A model generated the notes under the pieces. It was not told the origin of the DNA and did no database searches. It saw only the letters and a program-made list of their open reading frames with translations. DNA of 64,000 nt, from the NCBI RefSeq assembly GCF_006345805.1, contig NC_043019.1, forward strand, positions 5,579,360-5,643,359, read 5' to 3'. The DNA is from Octopus sinensis. Its lineage: Eukaryota. The position numbers were made by a program, and so were the translations under genes. Below are positions 1 to 12,889 of this stretch, one piece after another (within the stretch, counting starts at the first letter, position 1; every line of letters starts with the position of its first letter).

Positions 1-113
1 GTCGGCCCGAGGCTATAGTAGAAAACACTTACCTAAGGTGCCATGCAGTGGGACTGAACCCCAAACCATGTGGTTCATAAGCAAGCTCCTTACCACACAG
101 CCACTCCTACGCC
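1..113 (-). mobile_element. tRNA-derived SINE family A, 5' part
   Basis: Reverse complement of the GGCGCAGGAGTGGCTGTGTGGTAAG head. Confidence 0.85.
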
Positions 114-1834
114 TATGCTTAACATTTCTAGAAAAATTTTTGATGTAAAAGAAATATAAAGAAATTAGTTTTATGGAATCTCTGACATTTCTCAAATTCC
201 TGGAATTTCAGTTCCTTGTCTCTTCACCACCACCTCTGACTATATATTTTTAGATCTCAATATTGGTTCTGTTGATGGATTGATTGTTCAGATGGGAATC
301 ATGAAGTGTAATTTGAATATGGGGACCACATGTGGGCTGAGGGTTACATGGCAGTGAGATTGGTAATTACCATGAATCTACTTCTCTGGGAACTTCACTA
401 TGTGTCCACTACTATATAACCACTACCACTCAATCACCAATATGTATGGGATCAGCTGACCATGTGGCATCACCATTCATGTGGGAGGTCACAAAGTGTT
501 AGTTAGGTCATGAAGGGCTCATGGAGGACATGTAGGTAGTGGTTATATTTCTCCTATGTAAGTTGTGTTGGTAACCCTTCTTACCTGTCCACACATCTTA
601 TGTCATAGAATTCTTATATTATAAGAGAGAAGCTGATCTCCTTCAACCTGTCTGTATCAACATCTGTGTAAAGAGAGGAAAGAAGGTAAGGAGAAAAGTT
701 GTTGTTGAGAGAGGGAAAAGAAAAAAGTGAGAGAGAGAGAAAAGAAAGAAAGCGAGAGTGAGAGAGAAAAGAAAGAAAGCGTGAGAGAGAGAGAAAGAGA
801 GAGTGAAAGATAGATAAGTAAGTAGAGTTGTCACTTAAACAACTAACAAGTTTTGATAAAAAACACAAGAATTTTAAGTGCAAGGCTGTCAACACAATGC
901 AACACAGACTTCAAAAAATGACCATATGTATATATATATACTACTTATTTTTTGTTTGGTTGTGTGTGTATGAAAGGCAAAGTCAACTTAATGGGATTTT
1001 AATTCAGAACATGTAGACAGACGAAATGCCACTAAGTATTTTGCCCAGTATGCTAATGATTCTGCCAGCTGACCACATTAAACAGAGCTACAAATAATAG
1101 TATGCAAATATTGGGTTAAAAACCTTTCAAACATAAAAAAGAGTTTTTAGTTTTTAACCCATGCTATTACTTATAGCCTTATTTGTTTTGAGGTCCATTT
1201 TTCCCGAAAGGAATTAATATATACACCAGCTTAAAAGCTACACTCCATGTGGACTTTTAGTCTAGCTCTTGTGGAGGGATAATTGGGCCTGTGACACAAA
1301 ACTTGAGAGAGCTAAATAACATGACTATAATAAGCCTATAATGACTATGTGCCCTGGTGGTGTTTGATCAGAGGTCAAGGACGGAAGAGAATTAATTCTG
1401 TAATGCAATCATTCTGTTTAGGAAAATGTAATCATCAAAAAAAAAAAAAAAAAAAATTGCGCTCTTCTGTTCTTAGCAATACTAAATTCAATTCAAATTG
1501 AATTCAATCTGTTGGCCAATTTGTTCCAATGTTCTTATCTTGGTGTAAAATTATCGAAGCGGATGTCATTTATCTTCCTCTTGATCTCTGACATCATCTG
1601 ACAAATGCCAACCAAAATGGTGTGTATCAACCAACCTTTAAATGCCAGAAATAGCAACCCAAATGCTTTTAAATCAGATCCCAATGCTGGATGTTCAAGA
1701 ACCAAATGAAGGGCAGATTTTCAATCCCAGGATCGTCCTGATTCCATAAAGGTATAACATGTCCATGTAGAGCAAATGAAGACTGAGATATAGAGGTTCC
1801 AGACAGACAGAATTTCACTTTTATTATATATATA

Positions 1835-1920
1835 CAGTAGTCCCCCGGTATTCGTAGGGGTTACATTCCTAGAACACCCGTGAATAATGAAAGGCCGCAA
1901 ATATTGGACGTGGTCCATAA
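1835..1920 (+). mobile_element. Tigger/pogo-type terminal fragment
   Basis: TA|CAGTAGTCCCCCGGTATTCG terminus typical of the Tigger family; partner end not seen. Confidence 0.55.
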
Positions 1921-1949
1921 AAATGTTTATAATATCAAAATATAATGTT

Positions 1950-1987
<38 letters not shown>

Positions 1988-1988
1988 T

Positions 1989-2027
<39 letters not shown>

Positions 2028-2540
2028 TTATAGTGATGGTAGTAGCTGTAGTATCTGGTGGTAGTGATGATAGCAGTGGTTGTTGTGGTGGTGGTGATAG
2101 AAGTAGAGATGGTAGTGGTTGTAGTACTAGTGGTAGCCATATCAACTGTGGTCCTTAATTAAATCCAACATTAAGCCTTTCAACCCCTGGCTTAAAACCA
2201 CCTCAACCTTCTCCTCCCAAATATTTCTTCCTAGTTGTGAGAGCTTCTTCCCTTTCCTTTTCCCCTCTTCTGTCTTCCGGGTTATTATCAACCTCCCTAG
2301 TGCCAGTGGCATGAAACAAAGCACCCAGGACACTCTGTAAAGGGATTGGCATTAAGAAGGGCATCAAACTGTTGAAACCCTACCAAAGAAGGCATTGGAG
2401 CTGACGTTGCTTTGCAGCTTGTCAATTCCCATCAAAATGTCCAGCCCATACCAGCATGGTGTGTGTGTGTATCCCTGGAGATTACATCAGGCTAGGAGAG
2501 TGTGCGCCCTCTGGTATCGCGAGTAGATGGCTTCTCCTCT

Positions 2541-2714
2541 GGAAGCCATCTACTCATGATACCAGAGGGCGCACACTCTCCTACCCTGATGTAATCTCCA
2601 GGGATACAGGCATCCAGCAACAGGACCTCCGTAATGCTATGATGGACCATGAAGTCTGGCGTAACATAGTAAGTTCCATTGTCTCGACCACGGTCGAACA
2701 ATGATGATGATGAT
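2541..2714 (+). mobile_element. 3' fragment of an RTE-like LINE with (TGA)n tail, preceded by a fold-back duplication
   Basis: WKPSTHDTRGRTLSYPDVISRDTG...AMMDHEVWRNIV...EQ* followed by TGA repeats. Confidence 0.75.
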
Positions 2715-3029
2715 GTGTGTGTGTGTGTGTGTGTTTATGACCATAGGAGAAATTGAACTCAGCACTATGAGTTTTAACTTGTCAGCCAGCCAGTCTTTAT
2801 ATGTTGTTAGAAAGGAAACTTCCAAATAAGGTAATCTAGTACCAAAGATTCCGTCAGCTACGAACAGTGTCGGAGAGAGACAGCAGCTTCACATCGGTTC
2901 TCATCAGATGTGGAATTAAGTCATAGCCTAAACAACAATACTTGACTCACTTTTGACAAGTTTTCTCCTTGGAAGACAACCACTTGACCTCTTAATGTAT
3001 ATGCATGTGAATGTATGTATGCATGTATG

Positions 3030-3128
<99 letters not shown>

Positions 3129-3272
3129 AGAAATTAAATATAAATTATAAATTACAAAGTGGGACAAGAACGCAAAAACACACAAAGAGACACTCGAAGC
3201 CTCTAATCTTCAGTTGGGAACCGGATCATCTTAGCAATTTCGGCTGTTTAATCTCGATATCGCTCCGATCCG

Positions 3273-3453
<181 letters not shown>

Positions 3454-4016
3454 TATATGTATATATATATTGGCCTGCTTGCTTAGCCAGTGGGGTGGCA
3501 TCATTTGAAGGCTAAAACAATGCAAAGTGCATGTGACTAGCGATCTGATAGCCTGGTCGGTCACGGTGATATATGTATATATATATATTTAACATCCACT
3601 TTCCATGCTGGCATGGGTTGGACAGTTTGACAAGTGTTGGTTAGGCAGAAGACAGCACCAGGCTTCAGTGTTGGGCTTTGGCATGGCTTTTACAGCTGGA
3701 TACCCTTCCTAACACCAACCACCCGACAAAGTGGACTATATATACATATATATACTAGCAAATCCTTTGGGCGGTTTAAGTTGTGAGAAGGTTTATGAGG
3801 TGCATGGCAATCTATGGTTCTGATTGATATAGGCTGACCCAGTTTTGGTCAATTTTTACAAGTACACCCCACAAAAAAAAGCCACGATTATTCACATGGA
3901 ATTAACTCCCTTGGCTTCCTACTTTCCTATAGATCCCTTATTTTGGTGGTTTGGTAAGGGAGGTAGAATGAATTATGGTGAGCTCCTAATATGCCACAAA
4001 ATCCATTTTTGTTTTT

Positions 4017-4390
4017 TAACCAACCACATGGTTCTGGGTTCAGTCCCACTGCGTGACATCTTGGGCAAGTGTCTTCTGCTATAGCCCTGGACCGACCAAT
4101 GCCTTGTGAGTGGATTTGGTAGACAGAAACTGAAAGAAGCCTGTTGTATATATGTATATATATATATGTATGTGTGTGTATGTTTGTGTGTCTGTGTTTG
4201 TCCCCCCCTAACATCGCTTGACAACCGATACTGGTGTGTTTGCGTCCCCGTCACTTAGTGGTTCGGCAAAAGAGACCGATAGAATAAGTACTGGGCTTAC
4301 AAAGAATAAGTCCTGGGGTCGATTTGCTCGACTGAAGGCGGTGATCCAGCATGGCCGCAGTCAAATGACTGAAACAAGTAAAAGAGTAAG
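4017..4390 (+). mobile_element. SINE family A, 5'-truncated
   Basis: GGTTCAGTCCC B-box, internal (TA)(TG)n, GACTGAAACAAGTAAAAGAG end. Confidence 0.88.
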
Positions 4391-4795
4391 ACGGTGGGGG
4401 AACCCTTGGAAATTTCACACACACCCCAATTTTCACAGGGAAAATTTCTTGGCAAATTTTTACACAAGGGTCAATACTTGTTGGCAAAGGAACCTTGCAT
4501 TTACAAACATAGATTCACTTGTGTAAGCTGTATGCTGAAGAACAGTTACATTAATGAGTCCCTCACACTTATTATATTAATGCAATGCTAATTACTACTT
4601 CCTAATTCTGATGATAACAGTGTAGTGTTAATTAGAGCCCTCAAACCATTTCCATTAATTCTGACACTGACATGGGAGTTTTGTAACAATCAGTCATTAG
4701 ACTGTGGCCATGCTGGGGCACTGCCTTGAAGAATTTTGTAGTCAAAATAAATTGACCCCCGTCCCTATTTTTTGTTAAGTCTGGTGCTTGTTCTG

Positions 4796-4819
4796 TTAGG
4801 GTTAGGGTTAGGGTTAGGG
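4796..4819 (+). repeat. Interstitial telomeric repeat (TTAGGG)4
   Basis: Four exact hexamers inside a SINE. Confidence 0.85.
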
Positions 4820-5776
4820 TTTGTCAAATTGCTTAACTATGGGGCTGTAAATACACCAATACTTGTTGTCAAATGGTGGTGGTGGGGGGGACAAATATGG
4901 ACACAAAGACACACACACACACACACACGCACACACACGCACACATACACACACATACACATACACATACACACATATGTGATGGGCTTCTTTCAGTTTC
5001 TGTCTACTAAATCCACTCACAAGGCTTTAGTAGAAGACACGTGCCCTAGGCGTCACACAATGGGACTGAACCCAGAACCACATGGTTGGGAAGCAAGCTT
5101 CTTACCACACAGCCACAGCCTACCATATTTTTGTATGTGTTCCTTGCAGTTTTTAATTTATCATAGTAGTAGTAGTAGTAGTAGTAGTAGTGTTATAGTG
5201 ATGGTAGTAGCTGTAGTAGTTGGTGGTAGTGATGATAGCAGTGGTTGTAGTGGTCGTGGTGATAGGAGTAGAGATGGTAGTGGTTGTGGTACTAGTGGTA
5301 GCCATATCAACTGTGGTCCTTAATTAAATCCAATTAATGTCCATATTTATAGCATCTAACGGAGATTTCAGGAGTTATAGGTTGGCCCCATTAATGCTAA
5401 TTAGAGAAGCAGCCTGTGTAAATTCACAGCAGAATGAATATATGACTAATTAGCTAATGTCTAGGTTACCTTATTGTGTTTCACCTGAGTTCTAGAGAGG
5501 TGAGAGAGGGATGAAGTGAGATGGAATGGGTGTATATCGTGAATATTTAACAACCAACTCATCGAGCTATATATAATATACATCCGTCGTGCCACCCCCA
5601 CCCCCCACTGCCATTTACCGGTTCACTCACAATTAGGTATTCAAAATAGCTTATTCAATGGTTAATATATAAATCCACAAATAATTCTTATTAGATAAGA
5701 ATTCAGTGATATATTCCGTTGGATTATTCTAAATATATCACTTTTAACCATTTAGGTTTTATGGAGTATTTAATAT

Positions 5777-5810
<34 letters not shown>

Positions 5811-5987
5811 TTAGCGTCCATTCTCCATGCTAGCATGGGTTGGACGGTTCAACTGGGATCTGTGAAGCTGGAAGGCTTCATCAGGCCCAGTCGGATCTGG
5901 CAGTGTTTCTACGGCTGGATGCCCTTCCTAATGCCAACCACTCCGTGAGTGTAGTGGGTGCTTTTTACGTGCCACCCGCACAGGTGC

Positions 5988-6541
5988 CAGACAGAGCTGG
6001 CAAACGGCCACGAACGGATGGTGCTTTTACGTGTCACCGGCACGGGGCCAGGCGAGGCTGGCAACGGACACGAATGGATGGTGCTTTTACGTGCCACCAA
6101 CACGGGGCCAGACAGAGCTGGCAAATGGCCACGAAACAGATGGTGCTTTTACGTGTCAGCGGCACGGGGGCCAGGTGAGGCTGGCAATGGACACGAATGG
6201 ATGGTGCTTTTACGTGCCACCAACACTGGGGCCAGACAGAGCTGGCAAACGGCCATGAAACGGATGGTGCTTTTACGTGTCACTGGCACAGGGGCCAGGT
6301 GAGGCTGGCATTGGACACGAACGGATGGTGCTTTTATGTGCCACCAACACGAGGGCCAGACAGAGCTGGCAAATGGCCACGAAACAGATGGTGCTTTTAT
6401 GTGTCACCGGCACGGGGGCCAGGCGAAGCTGGCAACGGACACGAACTGATGGTGTTTTTACGTCACCGGCATGGGGGCCAGACAGAGCTGGCAAACGGCC
6501 ACGAACGGATGGTGCTTTTACATGTCACCTGCACGGGGGCC
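5988..6541. repeat. Tandem array of about 9 monomers of about 61 bp, alternating A/B, inside the RTE 3'UTR
   Basis: CAGACAGAGCTGGCAAA... alternates with CAGGCGAGGCTGGCAAC..., sharing GATGGTGCTTTTACGTG. Confidence 0.9.
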
Positions 6542-6619
6542 CTGATGTTGATCGACCTCAATTTGGTTCTGCTTTCTGATATATGTATTGATTTGGTTTG
6601 ATTTTGATTTTGACTGTTC

Positions 6620-9205
6620 TCACTGGTCTTGCCGGGTTTTCTCACGCACAGCATACTTCCAAAGGTCTCGGTCTCTGGTCATTTCCTTGGTGAGACCTAA
6701 AGTTCGAAGGTCGTGCTTCACCACCTCGACCCAGGTTTTCCTGGGTCTACCTTTTCCACAGGTCCCCTCAACTGCCAGGGTGTGGCACTTTCGCACACAA
6801 CTATCTTCAGCCATTCTCATCACATGACCATACCAGCGCAAACGTCTCTCTTGCACACAACAACTGATGCTTCTTAGGTTCAACTTTTCTCTCAAGGTAC
6901 TTACACTCTGTCGATTATGAACACTGACGTTACACATCCATCGGAGCATACTAGCTTCATTTCTTGCGAGCTTATGCAAATCCTCAGCAGTCACAGCCCA
7001 AGTTTCACTACCATGTAGCATGGCTGTACGTACACATGCATCATACAGTCTGCCTTTTACTTTGAGCGAGAGGCCTTTTGTCACCAGCAGGGGTAAGAGC
7101 TCTCTAAACTTTGCCCAGGCTATTCTTACTCTAGCAGTTATACTTTCAGCACACCCGCCCCCGCTACTGACTTGGTCACCTAGGTAACGGAAACTATCAA
7201 CTACTTCTAGTTTTTCTCCCTGGAAAGTGACGGAAGTTGGTCTCAGAGCATTTTCAGTGTTTATTGTTCCTGAACATCTGCCACATACAAAAACCATCTT
7301 CCTAGTTAGCCTTCCTTTGACATTGCTGCACCTCTTATGTGTCCATAGCTTACACTTGGTGCATCTTATAGAGTTTCTACCTACCCCTTTTCTACAGATC
7401 GAGCAGGGCCATCTACCTGAAGGCGTTTGTGATTGGTCTACCTTCCTACTTATTAGGACTTTGGTTTTGGCTAGGTTGATTCTAAGGCCCTTCGATTCTA
7501 AACCTTGCTTCCATACCTGAAACTTCTCCTCTAGTTCTGATAGAGACTCAGCAATTAGAGCAAGGTCATCAGCATAGAGGAGCTCCCAGGGGCATCCTGT
7601 CTTGAATTCCTCCGTTATTGCCTGGAGGACTATGATAAATAGGAGGAGACTGAGGACTGAACCTTGGTGGACCCCAACCTCTACCCTGAATTCTTCACTG
7701 TACTCGATGCCAACCCTCACCTTACTAGCAGCGTCTCTGTACATGGCTTGTACAGCTTTCACTAACCATTCATCTATCCCTAGTTTCCTCATTGACCACC
7801 AGATGAGGGATCGGGGGACCCTGTCGAAGGCTTTCTCCATATCAACAAAGGCCAGGTATAGGGGCTTGTCTTTGGCTAGGTATTTCTCCTGCAGCTGTCT
7901 TACCATGAAAATAGCATCAGTAGTACTTTTCCCTGGCACGAACCCAAACTGCATCTGATCTAGGCTAACTCTCTCTCTAATTAGTTGGGCTATAACCCTC
8001 TCCGTAACCTTCATTACCTGATCCAGCAGCTTGATACCCCGTAGTTATTTGTATCTAGGGCGTCACCTTTACCTTTGTAGCAGCTGACTATTATGCTGCT
8101 ACACCAGTCATTGGGAATGACTCCTTTGTGTATCACCTTGTTAACTATACGGGTGACTAGGCTATAGCCGGCACTACCAGATATTTTGAGCATCTCTGCA
8201 GTAATTCCTGATGGGCCTGGGGCTTTTCCTGTTTTCATGCTTTTAATTGCCTTAACTACTAAGGAACTTTCAACCCGGATTGCTGGTCCCTCTGTTGGGT
8301 CAACATTCGGCAGACTCTCTTTATCCCATTCATTTTCCTCATTCAGCAACCTTTCATAGTGGCTTCTCCAAACCTCTCTCTTTGCATCCTCATTTAGCGC
8401 AAGTGAGCCGTCATCCGTGCGAACACATTTTTCTCCTACCACGTCACGATTCTCTCTCACACACTGTCTTGCTATACGAAATACCTCAAGTCTTTCATCC
8501 TCACGGAGCAGGACATTGGCAAATTTTTTCTTATCTGCTTCCCCTCTGGCTAAATAAACCTGCCTCCTAGCTTCCCTTCTTTCAGTCTGATACACTTCCC
8601 TGCTACCACCGTTCTTCCAGTCCTTCCAAGCCTGTTTCTTTTGTCTAATAGCCCTGTCAACAGTATTGTTCCACCACCACGTTATTTTGGGTCTTGTGGG
8701 GACTTTGCACCAGCCACAGATCTGGTCAGTGGCTTTTAGTAGGTTGTCCCTTAGAAGCGCCCAGTTATCTTCTACCCATGTGTAGCTATACCCCCTTCTA
8801 TTTCATCGAAGGCTTCAAGTAACATGTCTCTAAATCTCTGTCCATTTGCAGGGTCTTTAAGCTTCTAGATCCTTCTTCTCCATGTTGGTCGTCTTCTAGT
8901 CGTCCTCTTAGTCCTGATCCTAAAGTCACTGACTACCATTCTATGTTGTGGGGTACATTCTTTGCCTGGGAAGGTTTTGGCATTTATAAGCAGCCATTTT
9001 TCCCTTTTTCTGGCAAGGATGTAGTCGATTTGGCTAGTATGCTGGCCCGAACGGTAGGTGACCAAGTGGCTTGTTGGCTTCCTGAAGTTAGTGTTGCAAA
9101 CCATAAGACTATTCGCATCACAGAACTCCAGCAGCCTGGTTCCCTCCTCATTGCGAGAACCATAGCCTCCATGAACGCCATAGAAGCCCTCAGCATATCG
9201 TCCAA
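6620..9205 (-). pseudogene. RTE ORF broken by a nonsense codon (8865-8867) and two apparent 1-bp deletions (about 8775 and 8041)
   Basis: RRI-TAG-KLKD where Trp is expected; frame changes in HG(V)EDNW and DTNNY(R)GIKLLD. Confidence 0.85.
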
Positions 9206-9478
9206 AGATACCAGGAAACCCCAAAATGGCAGAAATCCAAAAGATAGTGCTCATGGGAACTGCTCAAATCCTACGCAAAATACTTTCTATGTAATCTCAG
9301 GGTTTAAAACAAATATTTTGGTTTTTTTTTTTTGGACATTCACTAGTACAACACCAAAAAAACCCCCAAATATATGGCACACTAGGCATAACAACAACAT
9401 GAACTTCCAACCTGTGGTCTCTTGAGGTCTCTGGGTGAGACTTAGAGCCAAAAGTCAAACATATAATAATAATAAAAA

Positions 9479-9543
<65 letters not shown>
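9205..9543 (+). mobile_element. 3' end of an RLE-type non-LTR retrotransposon (R4/Dong-like) ending in (TAA)n
   Basis: KIPGNPKMAEIQKIVLMGTAQILRKILSM* resembles RLE-clade C-termini; short 3'UTR, then (TAA)n at about 9464-9543. Confidence 0.7.
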
Positions 9544-9544
<1 letters not shown>

Positions 9545-10341
9545 CCTTTCTAAGGCACAAGGCCTGGAATTTGTGGGGAGTGGGGATAGTCGATCACATC
9601 AGCCCCAATAATTGACTGGTAGTAACTTAATTTATCGATCCTGAAAGGATGAAATCCAAAGAATTTGAACTCAGAATGTAGTAACAGGTGAAATACTACT
9701 AGGCATTTTGTCCACTGTGCTAACAATTCTGCCATCTCGCTGCCTCGATATAATAATAATAGTAATAAGGATTATGATGAAGTGGCATTAGCATTACCTT
9801 CAATTCACATTTATATATAAATACAGCCTCAAATAGGCCTACACATGTATCGACTGTTAGTAACCATAGCAATTGCAAATTTACTCTAATACCAGGACAA
9901 TTTTTTCAGAGTCTTCCCTGTAATGTCCTTTCCTCTTACCATATCTCATCTCTCTGCCTGGGGTTGTCAACTACTCTCTCTTCTGTCCCCCACCCTGCTT
10001 AGCTATACGGACCACTTTGAGCCCCTTAGGCTTGCAAGTTAGGAAGTGATCATTGTTAATGCTGGTACCATGAAATAAATACACCCCAGCACATGCTGTA
10101 AAATGGTTCATGTAAGGAATGGCAGCCAGCTGTAGAAGCCTTGGTCTAGAAGACAGAGCATGGTCGGTTTTCTAGTTGTCATGGAAACTGGACACAGACC
10201 CTTTAGCATTCAGATTACTCTGTCATATGTAATGCCTATGTATTCACATTGTTATGAATTAATCATGCATTTATCACACAGCTTTGAAATCTTATTGCCT
10301 ATTTCTAGAATGACATTGTAGAGCATGAGCGAGAGGCCAGT

Positions 10342-11036
10342 TTAAATGCTAAATGATAATAACACATTTGCAGCATTTGGATCCATATCTTTGAGCATAG
10401 CAAGACCTTTTCCAACATGCACAAATGCTTGCTGCATTTTCTTAATGGTGAAGTGGTGTGGCTCAAGTTTGACTTGCTCTTCTTCTTCTTTATTTATTAC
10501 TTGTTTTTTTCGATGATCTTCTTCAATGTCGCAGGAAATTCCACTGCTGCATGTTCCATCAGCTGATATGCTTTCACCTTGCTTCTTAATAAGGAAGTGA
10601 TAACTTCTCCAGCTTTTAAATCTCATAAACCATCCTTGACTTGCCTTGAACTCTACATCTTTCTCATCTGGATATTTTTTCTTTGGGTTCTCAAATAAAG
10701 ACAATGCTTTCTCCTGAACGATTTCTTGACTAAGAATAGCATTTGGATGATTCTTCCTATCAATCCAAATAGATAGAAGACTTTCCATTTCTTCAAAGAT
10801 TTTGCCTCTTTTCTGATGACAGTATTATTCATCCCTGGGGCTTCAGATGTGATATGTATTAAAATCTTGTCCTTATTATGCACAATCCTCAATACAGTTG
10901 TCCGACTCATTCCAAAACATTATGCAGTCACTACAACTTTTTCCCCTTCATCATGATGTTTTATCATCGCCGACTTATCCTCCAGCATCATAACATGACA
11001 CTTAGCACTTTCACCAGGACTTTTCGTAGGCGGCAT
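10342..11036 (-). mobile_element. Tigger/pogo transposase remnant (psq-HTH plus CENP-B HTH; DDE core deleted)
   Basis: MPPTKSPG...GMSRTTV; MESLLSIWI...QEKALSLFE...FKASQGWFMRFK; frameshifts and stop. Confidence 0.85.
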
Positions 11037-11736
11037 GGGGCCAAAAATTAAAGTTACAAATAAATGTAAGTGAGAGAATCTAAATGATGAACAGATGTAA
11101 ACAAATCTGAATTCAAAACAATCTCAGGAATCACGACGATGCTTAACTACCAGTGAAATATGAAAGACATAAATAAGCCAACACAGCTGATGCTTTAGTG
11201 AATTAGGCTACACTACTTTATGGTGTGTATTTTAGCATTTACTGTACTATTTTGATATGATTTTATATGCTTTTATTCTTATTTATTGTAACATCATTTT
11301 CTGTGCTTCCGATGGTTTTTAGTGTTTTTACAATTCCAATATTATTGTTGGACTGACTTGATTTTTATTTTTCCAGGTATTATTTTTGAAAACCAACATA
11401 ATTTCAAGAATGACTTCAGCCAAGGTGTCTCTCTATATATAATTATCATGTGCATTTTCTGTGATGTTTTTGAAAAGCGGTGCCAAATTTTACATTAAGC
11501 TTATAAGATATTATTATTGTCATTTACAGAATATAAAAGTATATATTTTTATCAATATTTAGCAGAAGCAAGGTCCAAGAGTTTTGTGTACTGGCATTTG
11601 GTAAGCGCCAATATACAAAACTCTTTAGTCACTTTATTGCTTCTGCTAAATATCAATAAAAATATACGTATACTCATATTTTGAGTTCTATTTTTCTATT
11701 TGCACCAACATACCTACACACACACACACACATAGT

Positions 11737-12075
11737 GAAGGCACATGGCTCAGTGGTTAAAGCATTGAGCTTACGATCATGAGGTTGTGAGTTCAAATAC
11801 CGGACCGGGTTGCGTGTTGTGTTCTTGAGCAAGACATTTTATTTTCACGTTGCTCCAGTTCACTCAGCTGCAGAGATGAGTTGCGATGTCACTGGTGCCA
11901 AGTGGTATCGGCCCCTTTGCCTTTCCCTTGGATAACACTGGTGGCATGGAGAGGGGAGGCCAGCATGCATGGGCGACTGCTGGTCTTCCGTAAACAACCT
12001 TGCCTGGACTTCTGCCTGGGAGGGTAACTTTCTAGGTGCAATCCCACAATCAGCCATGACTGAAGGAGGTCTCAA
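11737..12075 (+). mobile_element. tRNA-derived SINE family D
   Basis: GGCTCAGTGGTTA A-box, GAGTTCAAATACC B-box; relative at about 47703-47945. Confidence 0.8.
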
Positions 12076-12134
12076 TATATATATATATCTTCTGGTCATG
12101 AAGGTCATTGCCACAACCTTTCATTGTAATTTAA

Positions 12135-12735
12135 TCCTTTTAGCGTTCAGATTACTCAGTCAAATTTAATACTTATTTATTCACATTATTTTGAATTAAT
12201 CATAAATTATCTTGTAACTCAGATTTCAATAATGTGATAGATCATTATTAAAATGACATTGAATGATAGGTGTGAGAAGCCAGATCTAGCCAATTTGAAC
12301 ATGAAGCAGAAAGAATATTTTTGGACATGAAGCAGAAAGAATATTTTTGAACGTGAAGCAGAAAAAATATTTTTGAACATGAAGCAGAAAGAATATTTTT
12401 GGACATGAAGCAGAAAGAATATTTTTGAACATGGAGCACAAAGAATATTTTTGGACATGAAGCAGAAAGAATATTTTTGAACATGAAGCAGAAAGAATAT
12501 TTTTGAACATGAAGCAGAAAGAATATTTTTGAACATGAAGCAGAAAGAATATTTTTGAACATGAAGCAGAAAGAATATTTTTGAACATGAAGCAGAAAAA
12601 ATATTTTTGAACATGAAGCAGAAAGAATATTTTTGAACAAGAAGCAGAAAGAATATTTTTGAACATGAAGCAGAAAAAATATTTTTGTTGGCATGAGGCA
12701 GAAAGAATATTTTTGTTGGTATAAATGCTAAAGAG
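12135..12735. mobile_element. piggyBac-type MITE containing an expanded 26-bp minisatellite
   Basis: TTAA on both sides; body homologous to the reverse complement of 56153-56373. Confidence 0.75.
12297..12714. repeat. 26-bp minisatellite, about 16 copies (GAACATGAAGCAGAAAGAATATTTTT)
   Basis: Direct reading, period 26, no spacers. Confidence 0.97.
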
Positions 12736-12889
12736 TTAATTATCAAGAAACTCCAATGTTGGAGTGTATAAATAAAATTTCTGCTAATCATTGGCAAACG
12801 ACAACCCACAGCTATAACACCTCCCGTACACACTTACCAGTTCTATTTATGCCTTACTCTCTCTTTTCCATATTTCTTCTGACCATTAA

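Larger units (their letters stand above)
5781..9205 (-). mobile_element. RTE-clade LINE, 5'-truncated: endonuclease C-part, RT with PHD finger, about 840-nt 3'UTR with tandem array, (TGA)n tail
   Basis: ORF 6620-8014 has QFGFVPGKSTTDAIF, AFVDMEKAFDRV, GVHQGSVLS, YADD and C-terminal GRPRKTW. Upstream frames give GYGSRNEEGTRLLEFC and SQIDYIL. (CAT)n at 5781-5810. Confidence 0.95.

Noticed and set aside
2840-2910. CTGATGA-GAAC..GTTC on the minus strand
   Set aside because: Followed by GTAG rather than GAAA, with no convincing stems I or III.
5850-5890. CTGATGA on the minus strand in the RTE 3'UTR
   Set aside because: No GAAA or stem III; sibling copies read CTGGTGCA here.
10342-10788. Domesticated CENP-B/TIGD host gene
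   Set aside because: Frameshifts, a stop and a deleted DDE domain indicate a decayed Tigger copy.
12297-12714. CRISPR-like regular array
   Set aside because: Head-to-tail 26-bp repeats with no unique spacers, in a eukaryotic context without cas genes.
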